From Azolla caroliniana (taxonomy: Eukaryota > Plantae > Polypodiophyta), in the NCBI GenBank assembly GCA_043228905.1, contig JBHGNT010000009.1, positions 18,910,001-18,974,000 of the forward strand: a stretch of DNA of 64,000 nt, given 5' to 3'. The notes beneath the pieces are model-generated. The model searched no databases. It saw nothing but the letters and a program-made list of their open reading frames with translations, and was not told the origin of the DNA. Shown here one piece after another: positions 61,897 through 64,000 of the stretch (its first letter is position 1; each line of letters starts with the position of its first letter). The position numbers and the translations under genes are program-made.

Positions 61897-64000
61897 TGTT
61901 GAAAGCGAGGTCGTCTCTGCGGAAGATCAGGGAGCATTCGATTGCTGTGCATATACCTGCGTATGAGAGAGTGTAGGTCGTTGCACAGAGAGAGGGAGAG
62001 AGAGAGAGAGACACAAAGAACTCTTTATTTCTCAAAGCAAATAATACAACAACCAACCTCACAAAGAGGTTACAAGGTCACTATATATAGTGACCGACTT
62101 AGGGCAACTACCCTTTATGCTAATTACATAAATGGCCAAAGACGAGATAGTGTGAATACGTCCATTATACACATGTATTCGACACTCCCCCGTAATGGGC
62201 GTATACATGGGTTATCTAAGATTACAGGTATAGACTTAGGTTCTCGGACATATCAGCTTTGTTCGAGTCGGCAGGGTCCGAAGGCAGAAGACCGAACTGG
62301 TCGGGTCGGAACAGTTGAAGCCGATCATTAAGGAACTGATGTCGGTTGTCGGGAACCATCCTGCTCTGTGTCCGGCTCTAACCGGACTGGTTTGTCGTTA
62401 CGCCCATCTGATGCCGAAGAGACCGAAAACGGTCTGCCGAAAGACACTTGGTCATTCCATCTGCGACATTGTCGGTTGTGGATATTTTCTCTAGACCGAT
62501 TTTCCCTGAAATGACGCAGTCCCGAACGAAGTGATATCGAACGTCGATATGCTTGGAGGCGTTGTGGTGAACCGGATTTTTCGACAGGGCAACAGCACCT
62601 TGACTGTCGCTGTAGACAACTGGAGCCGAGTCATGTTCGACTTGCCGAAACGTGTGCGCCAGCCGACCGAGCCATAAAGCTTCTTTTGCTGCGTCGGACG
62701 CAGCTACATATTCTGCTTCGGTCGTTGAGGTCGCTGTGCACTCCTGAAGTTTCGACTTCCACGAGATTGCTCCATTGCCGAATTTGAAGCAGTATCCGGT
62801 TGTTGATTTCCGACTGTCTATACAGCCGGCGAAATCCGAGTCGGTGTAGCCGACTACGCCTGAGGTTCGGTTCGGACCGAAAAGAATGCCATGGTCTTTT
62901 GTGCCAGCCAGATATCTGAACACATGCTTGACTGCGTTCCAATGTGATCGGCCAGGATTGTGCATAAATCTGCTAACGACTCCTACGGCATGAGAAATAT
63001 CAGGCCGTGTCGCGACCATCAGGTACATAAGGGAGCCGACTGCCGGTGCATACGGTACCGACTTCATATCTTCCCCCTCCGAACCGGATGTCGGGCAGTC
63101 TCGCTGAGAGAGCCGAAGATTCATGGGGAGCGGGGTTGAAGCAGATTTGGCTGATTGCATGTTGAAGCGTTCCAAGACACGTCCGATATAGTCGGTCTGA
63201 GACAAAAAAAGATGTCGTTTATCGCGATGCCGACTAATCTTCATGCCAAGGATGTGTCGTGCCGGACCGAGGTCCTTCATGGCAAACTTCAACCGCAGTT
63301 GCCGAACGAGATCGGCAAGTTCGCCCGCGTGGCGTCCAGAAAGTAGCATGTCGTCCACGTAAATGATGAGGAAGATGGGTGATCCATCTTGAGCTGTGTT
63401 GGTGAAAAGACAATGGTCCTCATCGCTTTTGGAGAAGCCGATCGATTGGATGAAGTCGTCGAACTTCTTGTACCATTGTCGCGGTGCCTGTTTGAGGCCG
63501 TATAGACTCTTCCTGAGTCGGCAGACTAGATGTTCTTGGCCAGTTGCCACGAAGCCTTTTGGCTGCTCCATATAAATTTCCTCTTCAAGATCACCATGGA
63601 GGAAGGCTGTTTTGACATCTAGCTGAATCAGCTCCAAGTTGTCGGCTGCCACTACGCCGAGCAGAAAACGAAGGGTTGTCATTTTCACCACTGGTGAAAA
63701 AATCTCGTCGAAGTCGACGCCATATTCTTGTCGGAAGCCCTTCGCAACTAATCTGGCCTTGTACTTTGGGATGGTCGAATCAGACGTCTCTTTTAGTCGA
63801 TAAACCCACTTGCAAGGGAGAGCACGTCGGTTCCTAGGTAATTCGACCAGATCCCAAGTCTTGTTTGACCGAATAGAGTGCATTTCCGACTCCATCGCCA
63901 GATGCCAGGTGGCTGAATCGACAGATGTCGATGCTTCTTCGTAAGACGTCGGTTCGCCGGCGTCGGTGAAGAAAATTCCAGGAGAATACCTCTCCGGAGG
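61897..64000 (-). mobile_element. Young Ty1/Copia element (3' LTR 61897-62184, RT-RNH), continues past the window
   Basis: LTR TGTTGAA...TTCGACA, PPT rc CTCCCCCG at 62185, uninterrupted pol frame. Confidence 0.88.
62378..63895 (-). CDS. Copia pol RT-RNase H (open frame, partial)
   Basis: 505 aa: KARLVAKGF, QLDVKTAFLHGDL, IYVDDML, YTDSDFAG, TTEAEY, KHIDVRYHF. Confidence 0.92.
   Translation of the reverse strand: MESEMHSIRSNKTWDLVELPRNRRALPCKWVYRLKETSDSTIPKYKARLVAKGFRQEYGVDFDEIFSPVVKMTTLRFLLGVVAADNLELIQLDVKTAFLHGDLEEEIYMEQPKGFVATGQEHLVCRLRKSLYGLKQAPRQWYKKFDDFIQSIGFSKSDEDHCLFTNTAQDGSPIFLIIYVDDMLLSGRHAGELADLVRQLRLKFAMKDLGPARHILGMKISRHRDKRHLFLSQTDYIGRVLERFNMQSAKSASTPLPMNLRLSQRDCPTSGSEGEDMKSVPYAPAVGSLMYLMVATRPDISHAVGVVSRFMHNPGRSHWNAVKHVFRYLAGTKDHGILFGPNRTSGVVGYTDSDFAGCIDSRKSTTGYCFKFGNGAISWKSKLQECTATSTTEAEYVAASDAAKEALWLGRLAHTFRQVEHDSAPVVYSDSQGAVALSKNPVHHNASKHIDVRYHFVRDCVISGKIGLEKISTTDNVADGMTKCLSADRFRSLRHQMGVTTNQSG

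Overview
Eukaryotic, TE-dense plant DNA. The element families suggest a non-seed plant such as a fern; this is inference. One intact host gene is present: an intronless F-box/kelch-type gene at 14841-16052 (+). The rest is mostly nested, decayed mobile DNA. It includes about seven Ty1/Copia elements or fragments plus a solo LTR, a near-intact chromovirus (Tcn1/sushi-like, 23989-29654), three non-chromodomain Ty3/Gypsy copies, an RTEX-like LINE, L1 fragments, an hAT-type MITE and two Sola-like DDD transposase remnants. Four observations stand out. (1) A ~12.5 kb TIR-bounded DNA transposon (42573-55108) carries a Sola1-like transposase, a divergent second gene that may be ParB-related, and an array of nine 23-bp palindromes between them. 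(2) Two Gypsy copies share a -1 frameshift cassette after the protease (G_GAT_TTT, stop, covarying stem-loop). (3) The chromovirus appears self-priming, and its LTR starts with an antisense tRNA-like A/B-box. (4) The Gypsy lineage may prefer an ACGT target with a 4-bp TSD. All coordinates were read by eye and no database searches were run.
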